A DNA stretch of 64,000 nt from Patescibacteria group bacterium (GTDB taxonomy: Bacteria; Patescibacteriota; Patescibacteriia; JACRDY01). This document shows, piece after piece, positions 48,089-58,075 of the stretch. Made by a program: the position numbers and the translations under genes. The notes beneath the pieces were generated by a model, which was not told where the DNA came from, made no database searches, and worked only from the letters and a program-made list of their open reading frames with translations. The DNA is taken from the NCBI GenBank assembly GCA_041671565.1, contig JBAZBH010000005.1:3083-67082 (forward strand), in the 5' to 3' direction. The stretch's first letter is position 1, and each line of letters begins with the position of its first letter.

Positions 48089-48119
48089 CCGCGGTATAAT
48101 GCCTTTATAAAGCAAAAAT

Positions 48120-48821
48120 ATGGAAGACCGCACACAAAAATTGCTAAATACCATCGTCAGAGAATACATAAAAACCGCCCAGCCGGTGGGGTCCAAGCTT
48201 TTGGTGGATAAGTATAATTTGGATATTAGCTCGGCGACGGTGCGCAATGAAATGGCCTATCTGGAACAAGAGGGCTATATCACTCAGCCGCATACTTCCG
48301 CCGGCCGGGTGCCGACCGAAAAGGGCTATAAATTTTATATCAAGAATTCTCTGGAGCCGAAAGATATCAACAAGACTCAAGACAAAGCTTTTGAAAAAAT
48401 AGTTAAAAGCTCCAAGCAAGACCCCCGTGATTTAGTCAAAAGTCTGGCTAGGCAAATAGCGGAAAACTCCGGTCAGCTGATTTTTGTCAGTTTTGGCGAC
48501 GGCAATTTCTATTATACCGGCATGTCTAATATCTTTTCTCAGCCGGAGTTTGTCGAGCAAGAGATGATCTGCGATCTCAGCAAAATGATGGATCACTTTG
48601 ATGAGTCGATAAAAAAGTCATTTGATTCGACTGATAATGAGGTCAGAGTGATGGTCGGCTCGGCCAATCCTTTTAATAATCGGTGTTCGACGGTGGTGGT
48701 TAATTATGACTCCGGAGAAAACCAAGGCGTTATCGGTTTACTCGGTCCGATGAGAATGGATTATGAAGTTAATATGGCTCTGGTGGAGTATATTAGAGAT
48801 TTAATAAATAATCTGGAATAG
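48120..48821 (+). CDS. hrcA: heat-inducible transcription repressor HrcA (short form)
   Basis: N-terminal winged HTH LLNTIVREYIKTAQPVGSKLL...SSATVRNEMAYLEQEGYITQPHTSAGRVPT; downstream of CIRCE and upstream of grpE-dnaK. Confidence 0.8.
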   Translation: MEDRTQKLLNTIVREYIKTAQPVGSKLLVDKYNLDISSATVRNEMAYLEQEGYITQPHTSAGRVPTEKGYKFYIKNSLEPKDINKTQDKAFEKIVKSSKQDPRDLVKSLARQIAENSGQLIFVSFGDGNFYYTGMSNIFSQPEFVEQEMICDLSKMMDHFDESIKKSFDSTDNEVRVMVGSANPFNNRCSTVVVNYDSGENQGVIGLLGPMRMDYEVNMALVEYIRDLINNLE

Positions 48822-48852
48822 CCGTTGGTAGCTAGCCTGCCAACCGCCAACA

Positions 48853-49374
48853 GTGTTTATGTCAAAGCAAAATATAGACGAGGATAAAAAGCCGGCTGAA
48901 GAAACTGAGGCAAACCAAGAACCGGAGTCAGCCGAAGAAATCGTAGAAAAATCGGTGGAGGATTATGAGGCCAAATGGCTGCGAGCGCTGGCGGACTATC
49001 AAAATCTTAAAAAACAAACGGTTAGCGATCGAGCCGAGTTTATAAAATACGCCAATGCCGGTTTGATTTTGGAGCTGCTACCCATACTCAATAACTTTAA
49101 AGTTGCCGCCGATCATGTCCCGCCGGAGCAACAAGAGGCGGATTGGGTTAAGGGCATATTTCATATTAAAACTCAATTGGCGGATTTATTGAAAAATATG
49201 GGGATAGAACAAATACCAACCGTGGGTGAGAAATTCGATCCGCAATTTCATGAAGCGGTTGGCCAAGAGGCGGTTGAAGGTAAAGCCGAAGGTGAAATCA
49301 TCAAAGAAGTCCGGGCCGGCTATACTCTCCATGGCAAGGTAATCGATCCGGCAAAAGTGATAGTTAATAAATAA
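48853..49374 (+). CDS. grpE: nucleotide exchange factor GrpE
   Basis: Coiled-coil then GrpE core (KYANAGLILELLPILNNF...KFDPQFHEAV...GYTLHGKVIDPAKV). Confidence 0.85.
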   Translation: MFMSKQNIDEDKKPAEETEANQEPESAEEIVEKSVEDYEAKWLRALADYQNLKKQTVSDRAEFIKYANAGLILELLPILNNFKVAADHVPPEQQEADWVKGIFHIKTQLADLLKNMGIEQIPTVGEKFDPQFHEAVGQEAVEGKAEGEIIKEVRAGYTLHGKVIDPAKVIVNK

Positions 49375-49395
49375 AATAATAAATTATAAAATTTT

Positions 49396-51330
<1,935 letters not shown>

Positions 51331-51339
51331 TTTGTTGGG

Positions 51340-51660
51340 GCGTCTCGATGCGGTATCGGGGCGCCCTTTAAGGGTTAAATTAACTCCCCACACCCCACCC
51401 CCGCCTGCAATGCTACGCATAGCGTTGCGGGCAGGCTGCCCCTCCCCTTGGCAGGGGAGGAGACGAGATAGTTTGTTCTCGGATTAAAGAGTATCTTTAG
51501 GTTAAAGTAAGTAGTTTAGTCAATTCTCAGGTAATAACTACTTTTAGAAATACAAGCTTATTTGAAGAAGAAAACTATAACGAGGAACTAGTTAACTAGT
51601 CTCTCCCCCTGCTAAGGGGGAGGTCAGGAGGGGGTGTGGGGAGTTTAATTTTGTAGGACG
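51340..51660. mobile_element. GC-rich element with about 27-bp terminal inverted repeats (AAATTAACTCCCCACACCCCACCCCC ... GGAGGGGGTGTGGGGAGTTTAATTT) enclosing internal hairpins; MITE-like or structured RNA
   Basis: Arms are near-perfect reverse complements about 220 nt apart; internal hairpins gcctgcaatgctacgcatagcgttgcgggc, ctgcccctccccttggcaggggaggag and ctctccccctgctaagggggag; GC-rich in an AT-rich context. Confidence 0.5.
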
Positions 51661-51692
51661 AAATTTAATTAATATTATTTGTTAATAAATTT

Positions 51693-51908
51693 ATGTCTAA
51701 TATAGAGGAGGTTAAAATTTTTTTAGAAAGTCACAAAAATAAATATTGCGATGATTGTTTGTCTGATATTCTAAAAATTAAACCACGCCAGCAAATAAAT
51801 CAAATTTGTAATAAGCTAAAAAAACAAGGAATTATTCAGCGAAAATTGGATAAATGTAGCGAGAGAGTGGTTTGCAAAAGAGAATATAAACTAATTAATT
51901 CCATATAA
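51693..51908 (+). CDS. hypothetical small Cys-containing protein
   Basis: 71 aa, CDDC...C...C pattern; AT-rich cassette between dnaK and dnaJ. Confidence 0.3.
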   Translation: MSNIEEVKIFLESHKNKYCDDCLSDILKIKPRQQINQICNKLKKQGIIQRKLDKCSERVVCKREYKLINSI

Positions 51909-51917
51909 AAATTTTCT

Positions 51918-52253
51918 ATGGACAGCCTAAAAAATGAGAAGTTTTCTGAGATAGATAATAAATACAAGGATGATCAACCAGCAGCTGATTTTTTTAAGGC
52001 AAATTGGATTTTTAGTAGGGGCTCTTATTATGCTAAACAAGGTCAGACCCGTGAAGCTATAAATGATTTTGAGGAGGCAATTAAAATAAAAAACGATTTT
52101 TTACCAGCATATTATAGTCTTTCTTTTGCATATATGGAAATAGGAGAAGAGAATAAGGCAGCTAAAATTTTTAGTAAATGTCCCGATGTAATGAAATCGG
52201 GAAGCAATAAAATAATAGCAAGAAGAGAAGATTTTTGGAAACATGTAAAATAA
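51918..52253 (+). CDS. hypothetical TPR-like repeat protein
   Basis: Helical repeats (AKQGQTREAINDFEEAIKIKNDFLPAYYSLSFAYMEIGEENKAAKIF) typical of TPR. Confidence 0.35.
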   Translation: MDSLKNEKFSEIDNKYKDDQPAADFFKANWIFSRGSYYAKQGQTREAINDFEEAIKIKNDFLPAYYSLSFAYMEIGEENKAAKIFSKCPDVMKSGSNKIIARREDFWKHVK

Positions 52254-52266
52254 TAAACTAATTTTT

Positions 52267-52560
52267 ATGACAAACCAACCAAATCAACCCACCGAAATTA
52301 AACTCGCCGACAATATTCCCGGCGCGGAGTACGCTAATTTTATGCAAGTCAGCCACACCAAAGAGGAGTTTCTCTTGATGTTTGCCAATATTGCTGGACT
52401 AAGTGGCCGGGTTATTGGTAAAATCATTACCAGCCCGGGGCACCTGAAGCGAATTATCAAAGCGCTGGAAGAAAATGTTAAGATGTATGAGTCCAAGTTC
52501 GGCGAGATTAAAGAAGCCGAAGCGCCGACGGGCAAAGAGATCGGCTTTTCTGACAAATAA
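52267..52560 (+). CDS. hypothetical protein (DUF3467-like)
   Basis: YANFMQVSHTKEEFLLMF resembles the DUF3467 core; weak. Confidence 0.3.
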   Translation: MTNQPNQPTEIKLADNIPGAEYANFMQVSHTKEEFLLMFANIAGLSGRVIGKIITSPGHLKRIIKALEENVKMYESKFGEIKEAEAPTGKEIGFSDK

Positions 52561-52617
52561 GAAGTCGTGCGAAATACCAGTTGCTTTGATATTTTTTTGT
52601 AAACCAATATTAAAATT

Positions 52618-53082
52618 ATGGATGAAATAATTGAAATAGCCATCAATGAGTTAAATAATTATTTAAAAGAATCAAATTGGTATGGCAGAGAAAATGAAGT
52701 GGTAAATCTATTTGCTCATTTATTTTTATCAAAATATGTAGGAAGAAATAATTTTACTTCTATATCACAAATTGGGATTGAGGTTGCCGTAAAGCAGCTA
52801 CCCTCATTAAGTGGGAAAAAACTTGTCAGAAAAGATTTGGTTATCTGGGGGCAAGAACGCCAAACAGTGTGGGATAATAATCACGAATCAGTCAACGATC
52901 CAATAGCGGTTTTAGAATGGAAAGTAAATTCTATATCTAAGTGTGATGGCGACATTGAATGGTTAAAAAAATTTACAAAAAGCTACCCAAAAGTAATAGG
53001 ATATAGTATTTGTGCCTTTATTAATAATAAAAGAGGCGTAAGTTTTAAAAAAATAAAAAATGGCGAAATAGTTACCGGCTAA
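52618..53082 (+). CDS. hypothetical protein with possible PD-(D/E)xK nuclease-like motif
   Basis: KDLVIWGQ...(about 20 aa)...PIAVLEWKVN gives a D...E.K spacing like restriction-endonuclease-fold proteins; tentative. Confidence 0.3.
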   Translation: MDEIIEIAINELNNYLKESNWYGRENEVVNLFAHLFLSKYVGRNNFTSISQIGIEVAVKQLPSLSGKKLVRKDLVIWGQERQTVWDNNHESVNDPIAVLEWKVNSISKCDGDIEWLKKFTKSYPKVIGYSICAFINNKRGVSFKKIKNGEIVTG

Positions 53083-53101
53083 TAAATGTTTAACCAATAA
53101 T

Positions 53102-53536
53102 ATGATAGTTGCTTGCGCTTATTGCGGCAGAGAAATTTATCAAACCGCCGACACTCAAACTGGGGTGTCACATGGCGCTTGTTCGGTTTGTGGCGAGATA
53201 GAAAAGGCTAAGGTTAGTAAGGAAGATATTAAGGGCAGTAATTTTATGTCTATAATTTTAGGTCGCGCCAGAGAATACATTTTTTCTAAAACCAATGAGT
53301 CGGAGAAAGACGGTCTTTTGAAGCTTTATCGAGAAGATATGTCGAGCTTAGTTGAACCTCAAGGCGAGGTGACTTATTTTAGAACGGAGAAAAAAAGATT
53401 GGCTGATGCTCAAGAGGCGCAAAAGACAGCTAACGATATCGTTGCCAGAACCAAGGCGGAAATAGCGAAAGAAAAAGCCGAAGAAACCGCTGAATCGGCG
53501 ACGCCGCCGGTTGATCCGGGCATTAAAATGAAATAA
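53102..53536 (+). CDS. hypothetical zinc-ribbon plus coiled-coil protein
   Basis: CAYCGREI...CSVCGEI N-terminal zinc ribbon; C-terminal charged helix. Confidence 0.3.
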   Translation: MIVACAYCGREIYQTADTQTGVSHGACSVCGEIEKAKVSKEDIKGSNFMSIILGRAREYIFSKTNESEKDGLLKLYREDMSSLVEPQGEVTYFRTEKKRLADAQEAQKTANDIVARTKAEIAKEKAEETAESATPPVDPGIKMK

Positions 53537-53538
53537 AC

Positions 53539-54633
53539 ATGGCAAAAGATTATTACGCTACCCTCGGCGTCGGGAAAGGCGCCAGCCAGGACGAGATTAA
53601 GAAGGCCTTCCGCGAGAAGGCCCATCTTTATCATCCGGATAAAAAAGGCGGCGATGAGGCGAAGTTTAAAGAAGCAAGCGAAGCCTACCAGACTCTCAGC
53701 AATCCGGAAAAACGGCAACAGTATGATCGTTTTGGTTCTGATGCCGGTTTTCAGGGTGGCGGCGCCGGTGGGTTCAATTGGCAAGATTTCGCGCGGCAAC
53801 AGGGCGGGTTTTCTTCTGGCGGCGCGGATTTCAACGGCGGTTTCGGCGATATTTTTGGTGATTTGGGCGAGATGTTTGGTTTTGGTGGCGGCCGGTCAGG
53901 CGGCCGGCGCGGGCCGCAGCGCGGCGAAGACATTCAGGCTGAGTTGGCAGTGGATTTTCTAGAAAGTGTTTTTGGCGCCGAGAAAACCGTGGAACTCCAA
54001 AAAACCATTGTCTGCGAGCATTGCCTTGGCAATGGCGCGGAGCCGGGCAGTAAAATCAATACCTGCTCAACTTGCGGCGGCTCGGGTCAGGTGGAGCAAG
54101 TCCAGCGGACGATACTTGGCAATATGCGGGTGGCGTCAGTTTGCCCGACGTGTAATGGCGAAGGCAAGAAAGCGGAAAAGCCCTGCAGTCGTTGCCGCGG
54201 CAAGGGCGTTTATTCCGACCGGCAAGCAATCAAGATTAAAATCCCGGCGGGTATTGCCAACGGCCAGAGCATTCGGCTCAGTGGCCAGGGCGAAGCTGGG
54301 GAGCGCGGCGCCGGCGCGGGCGACTTGTATATCAGTGTTAAAGTTAAAGCCGATCCGCGGTTCAAGCGGCAGGGCGATAATATCCTAACCACGGAGAAAA
54401 TCAGTTTTCGCCAGGCGGCCTTGGGCGACAAGATTGAAGTGGCGACGGTCCACGGTTCAGTGGTTTTGAAAATTCCCGATGGCACCCAGACCGGCAAAGT
54501 TTTCAAACTCAGCGGCAAAGGCGTGCCGCATTTGGGCGGCGGGGGAACGGGCGACCATTTGGTGGAGGTGGTGGTGGTGACACCGACGCGGCTAAGCCGG
54601 AGCCAGAAGAAGTTGATCGAAGGGCTGGAATAA
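53539..54633 (+). CDS. dnaJ: molecular chaperone DnaJ
   Basis: J-domain DYYATLGV...HPDK, Gly/Phe-rich region, four CxxCxGxG zinc-finger repeats, C-terminal domains. Confidence 0.9.
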   Translation: MAKDYYATLGVGKGASQDEIKKAFREKAHLYHPDKKGGDEAKFKEASEAYQTLSNPEKRQQYDRFGSDAGFQGGGAGGFNWQDFARQQGGFSSGGADFNGGFGDIFGDLGEMFGFGGGRSGGRRGPQRGEDIQAELAVDFLESVFGAEKTVELQKTIVCEHCLGNGAEPGSKINTCSTCGGSGQVEQVQRTILGNMRVASVCPTCNGEGKKAEKPCSRCRGKGVYSDRQAIKIKIPAGIANGQSIRLSGQGEAGERGAGAGDLYISVKVKADPRFKRQGDNILTTEKISFRQAALGDKIEVATVHGSVVLKIPDGTQTGKVFKLSGKGVPHLGGGGTGDHLVEVVVVTPTRLSRSQKKLIEGLE

Positions 54634-54635
54634 CA

Positions 54636-54786
54636 AAAGATTTAAGATTTAGGATTTAAGATTTAAGAATGGTCGGTAATCAGAGTTTAGACTAATAAAC
54701 CAAACTGAAAGTTCAAAATCTAAAGAATTAAGGTAATTCAAAACGGAGTTTATTCTTAAATCTTAAATCCTAAATCTTAAATCTCT
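54636..54786. repeat. intergenic word-palindrome (ATTTAAGATTT family)
   Basis: gatttaagatttaggatttaagatttaagaa ... ttcttaaatcttaaatcctaaatcttaaatc. Confidence 0.6.
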
Positions 54787-54839
54787 TCTAATTTTCACCT
54801 CTTTTATTCTTACCCAAATAATGCTAAGATTTCCTCATT

Positions 54840-56486
54840 ATGACCGTCAGCCTTTACCGCCAATATCGGCCGCAAACCTTTGCCGAAGTGGTGGGCCAAA
54901 ACCAAATCAAGGTGACACTGCAGAACGAAATTAAGCAGGGCAAAATCGCCCAGGCTTATTTGTTTTCTGGCCCGCGCGGCATTGGCAAAACCACCACCGC
55001 CCGATTGATGGCCAAAGCAGCCAACTGCGAAAAAAGAAAAGCGGGCGAGTCCGAGCCTTGCAACCATTGTGCCGCTTGCGAGGAGATCACCGGCGGTTCC
55101 AGCCTGGATGTTTTGGAGATTGATGCCGCCTCGCACACCGGCGTTGATAATGTCCGCGCCAATATCATTGAAAGCGCGCGCTTTGCGCCCAGCCGGCTGA
55201 AGAATAAAGTTTATATTATTGACGAAGTCCACATGCTTTCGACCGCGGCGTTTAACGCGCTCCTAAAAACTTTGGAAGAGCCACCGGCGAATGTGATTTT
55301 TATCCTTTGCACCACTGAGAGCCATAAACTTCCGCTGACGATTATTTCCCGTTGCCAGCGGTTTGATTTTCGCCGGGTGGCGTTTGGCGAAGTGGTGGAC
55401 CATTTGGCTTTCATCTGCCGCGAGGAAGGCGTCAGTTGCGACAAAGAAGTTTTGCAGAATATCGCCCGGCATTCTGAAGGTTATTTGCGCGACGCCGTGG
55501 GCCTTTGCGGCCAGTTGCTGTCGCTCGGTGAGAAGAAAATCACCTGGGAACAGGCGCAACTAGTGATGCCGCGGTCGAATTTTCTCTTAGTGGCGGAATT
55601 TTTGGAATATCTGGTTAACCGCGACACCGAGAAAGCTTTGCGCCTGGTTAACCGTTTGGTTGATGAAGGCGTTAACCTGAGCCAGTTTGTTCTGGACACG
55701 GTGGAGTTTTTACGGAAGCTTCTTTTAACCAAGGTTTCCGGCCGGCTGGACGAGTTCACTTTAGAATTAGATGAGGCGGGTGGCAAGAAATTAACCGCGA
55801 TTTTAGGGAGCCTGAGTTTAAGTGAGATCGCGTCTTGGGCTAATATCTTTATTAGCAAGAATCAGGCAATCAAACAGAGCGCCATTCCGCAGTTGCCGCT
55901 GGAATTGGCGGTGGTGGAGATTTGCGGAGAAACGGAAAATACAGAATCAAGAATCATGAAGCACCCCAGCATACGCGGGGCAAGCGAATCAAGAGTAGAA
56001 AGCCAGAAGGCAGAAATCAGAAAAGAGAAATTAGAAATAGGAAATACGAAACCTAGTACGCCGTCATCAGTAGTTAGTAATCAGCCAAAAATAGAAGTTC
56101 AGCCAACACCCAGTAAAAAAGGCGGCAAAGGCGCGGTCAAACTGGAAGAAGTGGAGGCTAAATGGGGTGAGTTTATCGCCAGCTTGAATGACAGCAACCA
56201 TTCTTTGTCGATGACGCTTCATGTTGGCCGGCCGCTAGCGGTGGACGGCGACACCGTGCGAGTGGGCTTTAAATACAAATTTCACAAGGAAATGATGGCT
56301 GAAAGCAAGAATCGGTTGACATTGTCCGAGGGTTTAAGTAAGATAATGGGCGTTAAACTCCTAGTTGAGCCGATAGTTGCTGAAAACTTAGTTTTCGATT
56401 CCAGTTCTAAGCCCAGCCCGGAAGCGCCGAGTGGCACGGGCGTCGCCGATGTGGCGAAAATGTTTGGGGGAAAAGTGATGGGGTAA
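54840..56486 (+). CDS. dnaX: DNA polymerase III subunit gamma/tau
   Basis: AAA+ clamp-loader motifs GPRGIGKTTTARLMAKAANC, Zn module CNHCAAC, DEVHML, SRC; contains the in-frame repeat at 55942..55998 and AGAAA-word repeats. Confidence 0.85.
   Translation: MTVSLYRQYRPQTFAEVVGQNQIKVTLQNEIKQGKIAQAYLFSGPRGIGKTTTARLMAKAANCEKRKAGESEPCNHCAACEEITGGSSLDVLEIDAASHTGVDNVRANIIESARFAPSRLKNKVYIIDEVHMLSTAAFNALLKTLEEPPANVIFILCTTESHKLPLTIISRCQRFDFRRVAFGEVVDHLAFICREEGVSCDKEVLQNIARHSEGYLRDAVGLCGQLLSLGEKKITWEQAQLVMPRSNFLLVAEFLEYLVNRDTEKALRLVNRLVDEGVNLSQFVLDTVEFLRKLLLTKVSGRLDEFTLELDEAGGKKLTAILGSLSLSEIASWANIFISKNQAIKQSAIPQLPLELAVVEICGETENTESRIMKHPSIRGASESRVESQKAEIRKEKLEIGNTKPSTPSSVVSNQPKIEVQPTPSKKGGKGAVKLEEVEAKWGEFIASLNDSNHSLSMTLHVGRPLAVDGDTVRVGFKYKFHKEMMAESKNRLTLSEGLSKIMGVKLLVEPIVAENLVFDSSSKPSPEAPSGTGVADVAKMFGGKVMG
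55942..55998. repeat. in-frame copy of the about 55-nt repeat element inside dnaX
   Basis: cagaatcaagaatcatgaagCACCCCAGCATACGCGGGGCAAGCGAATcaagagtag, near-identical to 18067..18123 in murG, same reading frame (..MKHPSIRGASESRVES..). Confidence 0.7.
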
Positions 56487-56632
56487 AAAATAATTTTTAA
56501 TTTTTAATTTAAAATTTCTAATCAATTTATAATTCTTAATTTTTAATTACCACGAACTTGGCTTTAGGTTTAAAAATTATAAATTAAACATTAGAAATTC
56601 ATTAAAAATTAAGAATTTTAAATTAAAAATTG
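56487..56632. repeat. AT-rich word-palindrome element, homologous to 33536..33690
   Basis: aatttttaatttttaatttaaaatttctaatcaa...aaattaaacattagaaattcattaaaaattaagaattttaaattaaaaattg. Confidence 0.55.
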
Positions 56633-56640
56633 TTGTTTAT

Positions 56641-56711
56641 TGGGAGATCGTCTAATGGTAGGACAACGGATTCTGGCTCCGTTTATCCAGGTTCGAATCC
56701 TGGTCTCCCAG
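56641..56711 (+). tRNA. tRNA-Gln (anticodon CTG)
   Basis: TGGGAGA acceptor, TCTAATGGTAGGA D-arm, anticodon stem-loop ACGGA-TTCTGGC-TCCGT, GGTTCGAATCC T-arm; body nearly identical to tRNA-Gln(TTG) at 24192. Confidence 0.8.
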
Positions 56712-56774
56712 TTTTAAAAATTGAGGTTCGCCCGCTCGTCGCGAAGCGCGAGCGGGTCCGCTCACGGCTTTGCC

Positions 56775-56791
56775 GATGAGCGGAAATCCTG
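56775..56791 (+). repeat. 17-nt direct duplicate of the tRNA-Gln 3' end (AATCCTGGTCTCCCAG) 64 nt downstream of the tRNA
   Basis: Exact repeat of 56695..56711; the intervening 63 nt form two perfect hairpins (cccgctcgtcgcgaagcgcgagcggg; tccgctcacggctttgccgatgagcgga). Confidence 0.6.
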
Positions 56792-56955
56792 GTCTCCCAG
56801 CCAAGAAATCAGTTTAAACAGCTGATTTTTTGTTAATAAAAAACAAGGCCGGGCGGCGACAGTTTGGTTAACGGCTGAGGCAAATGGTTGGCTGGTTCTA
56901 GGGCGGTTTTTATGATAGAATAAAAACGCTTGCCAAATAGTTAAATCTGGAATTT

Positions 56956-57873
56956 ATGGCTTATCAAGAAATCAAAGGTAAAAAAAACAGCTGGATCCAC
57001 TTTGACCGGGTGGATGAAGCGGCGGGCGAGTATTTGCGGACCAGCCAGAAGTTCCACCCTTTGGATATTGAAGATGTGACCAGCGACCGGCAACGGTCTA
57101 AAATTGACACTTATAAGCATTATTTTTTTCTGATCGTGGTTTTGCCTTATTATGACGAGGTGGAAAAGAAACTGCGCGGCCGCGAGGTGGATATTTTTGT
57201 CACCCAAAATTCACTGATTACTATTGCCAAAAAGCCCTTTCCTTTTCTAGACGAGATTTTTAGAAAAGTTGAGCGGAGTAATAAACTCCAAAAAATGTGG
57301 CTGGATAAAGGCGTGACTTTTTTGCTTTACAAAATTTTGGCTAGTTTATTTCGCGATTCCACCAAGGCCTTGGATTATATCGGCCGCGAAGTCAGCGCCG
57401 TGGAGGATGATGTTTATGATAATGAATTAAAAAGCGTGGCGCATGACTTGGCTTTCATCCGGCGGGGAGTGTTGGCTGCGCGGCGGATGTTGGACCCGCA
57501 ACGGTCCACCATTAATGTTTTGGTTAATCTCCGCCGTGAATTTATTCCCGAGGAAATGTCGATTTATTTTGATGATATTCACGATCATGTCGAGAAAATG
57601 TGGGTGGAAGTAGAAAATTATCGCGAAACCGTTGACGGCCTGCATCTGACCAATGAGTCGCTGATTTCTCAGCACACCAATCGGATTATTAAGATTCTGA
57701 CCGTAATTTCGGTGAGTTTAATGCCGTTGACCTTACTTTCTGGCATTTACGGCATGAATTTAGTTCGCTTGCCATACGCCGATCGGCCACCGGTGGTCTG
57801 GGGAATGTTTATTTCGGCGGCTTTGTTTATTTCCGGGGCAATAACTTTGGTTTATCGCAAAGGCAAATTTTAG
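56956..57873 (+). CDS. corA: magnesium/cobalt transporter CorA
   Basis: C-terminal two TM with the YGMNLVRLP (GMN) signature; 305 aa. Confidence 0.85.
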   Translation: MAYQEIKGKKNSWIHFDRVDEAAGEYLRTSQKFHPLDIEDVTSDRQRSKIDTYKHYFFLIVVLPYYDEVEKKLRGREVDIFVTQNSLITIAKKPFPFLDEIFRKVERSNKLQKMWLDKGVTFLLYKILASLFRDSTKALDYIGREVSAVEDDVYDNELKSVAHDLAFIRRGVLAARRMLDPQRSTINVLVNLRREFIPEEMSIYFDDIHDHVEKMWVEVENYRETVDGLHLTNESLISQHTNRIIKILTVISVSLMPLTLLSGIYGMNLVRLPYADRPPVVWGMFISAALFISGAITLVYRKGKF

Positions 57874-57874
57874 C

Positions 57875-58045
57875 CTACGGCTCCTACGAATAACGGGAGC
57901 CCCTACGAATTACCCGCCTACGCTGAAGCTTCGGCGAGGCAGGCGAATCAGCGCGAATGTACGAATCTGACTACCACGGCGATTCGTAATTCGTACATTC
58001 GCGCTAATTCGTAATTCGTAGGGATATCGTGATTCTTAGGCGATA
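57875..58045. repeat. intergenic word-palindrome (TACGAAT / ATTCGTA words)
   Basis: cctacgaataacgggagcccctacgaattacc...gcgaatgtacgaatctgac...cgattcgtaattcgtacattcgcgctaattcgtaattcgtaggg. Confidence 0.6.
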
Positions 58046-58075
58046 TAAGGTGATTAGTATAATTAGCAATATTAT

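Noticed and set aside
51340-51660. Possible tmRNA / RNase P RNA / SRP RNA because of GC-rich multi-hairpin structure
   Set aside because: No tRNA-like 3' end (GGTTCGA..TCC..CCA), no tag-peptide frame, no RNase P P4 consensus and no SRP domain IV motif could be recognised by eye. The terminal inverted repeats fit a MITE-like element better. Left as a finding to be tested with Infernal.
56712-56791. Second tRNA gene immediately after tRNA-Gln(CTG)
   Set aside because: Only the last 17 nt of the tRNA are duplicated. The preceding 63 nt form two simple hairpins and cannot be folded into a cloverleaf.
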